A stretch of 64,000 nt of DNA, from NCBI GenBank assembly GCA_949358305.1, contig OX442314.1, positions 7,874,001 to 7,938,000 of the forward strand, written 5' to 3'. The translations under genes were made by a program, and so were the position numbers. Shown piece by piece: positions 62,667 to 64,000 of the stretch; position 1 is the stretch's first letter; each line of letters begins with the position of its first letter. This DNA is from Strigamia acuminata. Taxonomy: Eukaryota. The notes below the pieces were generated by a model that ran no database searches, was not told the origin of the DNA, and saw nothing but the letters and a program-made list of their open reading frames with translations.

Positions 62667-62894
62667 ACTTGTGTAAACTTATTTTCCATAGCAACTCTTT
62701 GTACGATGATTGTTAATAAATTGCCCTATTAACGTGTTTTCAGTTAGTAAAAGAAAGGCTTAATTAGATTTTGATTGCTATATAATTATTCACACTGAAT
62801 GTAGCGTTTAGTAAATTTGATCAGACACTGTGTACGCTTTGACGTATCTTGAACGCCCCATTGTATTTTACACGCACAAGTTAATTGGATTTTG
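62667..62894. repeat. Dispersed ~220-bp repeat, copy 2
   Basis: Direct-orientation match to 51624-51837. Confidence 0.8.
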
Positions 62895-62979
62895 TGGTTT
62901 CTAAGTCAACACTTATTGCGATTGGGCTCAGTTCGGGGCCGAGTTTTGGCCGCACGAGCTAGTTGTAAAAATTGTAAAA

Positions 62980-63758
62980 ATGAAAGCAACTTTAGCGGTC
63001 AAAAGACACGTGGCCATGGCACGGAAGAAGGCGAGAAAAAAGGGAAAAGGTAACGTGTTTGATTGAAAAATGATTGAAAAGAAAAAATAATTGTATAGAA
63101 TCGCGGTCATCCATCAGGTGTACGCGATTGCTGCGATCTGCCCGGCGCGCAATCGAATCCCCCCGAGAACACGGGCCAAGTGTTCGGTGAATTCGTCGAC
63201 ACTACGACGTTGATTGGGATTCGCTACATTCTCAAGAAGAAAAGCATTGCCTGGCTGTTGGCGTACGTTGCGTGCATGACTTTGAGCATCTATCAGTCGT
63301 TGCAGTCTGCACACGCTTACGTGGAGTATTTTATTTTATTTTTATTTTTTATTCGTGCCCACTTATGTTTATTTCAGGCAGGACAGCCACGAGCGAGTGT
63401 CGGTCGAGAGCAAGCAGTTGTTGCCATGGCCGTCAATCACGTTCTGCAGCAACGTCGTTCTACAATCGGCGATCGAAATCAGAGACAACGTACCCGAGTA
63501 TGTCGAACTAAGTTCTCTGAGCTGCGACCAACTGACCAACAAAACCTACGTGGTAACTTAACTCTGGTAAAGTGTATAGTCTGTGTTACATGATTGTTTG
63601 GATCGGTCGAGGGCAGGATCGACAGGTGATGATTAATAGGCACGAAATAGCGGAATATGTGCGCAGGAAGTTGACGGAGAAGGAAAGACGAAATCGGTCG
63701 CTTGCCACAGGCGACTGGGTTAAAGGATGCACCTTCAGTCACGAATCGTGCAACCTTT
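62980..63758 (+). CDS. DEG/ENaC (pickpocket/ASIC-like) channel, 5' exons; partial
   Basis: Probable exons 62980-63049, 63118-63325 (FGEFVDTTTLIGIRYI + TM1), 63378-~63552 (LPWPSITFCSN), ~63640-63758 (DWVKGCTFSHESC). The exon 3/4 junction is ambiguous. Confidence 0.78.
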
Positions 63759-64000
63759 CGTAAGATGCTACGTTCACACTTAAACCACTTTTGTACAAAA
63801 GTCGCCACTTTTGTAGAAAACCTGTGTTCACACTACCAAAGGTTTTCTACAACTCAAAACAAGATGGCGGACTTTTCTACAACTCAAGTTGTAGAAAAGT
63901 TTTCTTAAACTTGACGTCACAACTGCAAAACACGCCCCCATTGTGTCATGTGACTGATCCTAGGAAAATCCAAAAAATAAAATGGACGCCATTTAAACTT

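Overview
AT-rich animal genomic DNA, probably an arthropod (short GT-AG introns, TTAGG-like repeats). Bases 1-~49,000 are a head-to-tail tandem array that starts left of the window, with unit spacings of 7606, 5611, 5611, 8308, 8328 and 8308 bp. Each unit holds a minus-strand copy of the RNA polymerase I SL1 subunit gene TAF1A and the plus-strand 3' tail of pyruvate carboxylase. Only the right-most TAF1A (45642-49793; 11 exons, ~803 aa by my reconstruction) has exons 1-2 and a promoter. The six other copies keep exons 3-11 with open frames and intact splice sites, fall into two diverged types (A and B), are cut in intron 2 at a degenerate TTAGG tract, and are phase-compatible with splicing from the full-length gene. 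The longer units also carry an internally deleted TAF1A last exon, an expanded 20-bp minisatellite and a G-rich, possibly Polinton/Maverick-derived fragment; the B units add a Tc1/mariner MITE. Right of the array are an intronless retinol-dehydrogenase-like SDR gene (head-to-head with TAF1A) and a transposon-rich zone: nested Tc1 elements, a FLYWCH fragment, Ty3/Gypsy LTR/PBS and gag-protease remnants, and an 857-bp hAT element carrying an apparently intact two-exon orphan ORF. The window ends in the 5' part of a DEG/ENaC channel gene. All family assignments are by eye from remembered motifs; no searches were run.
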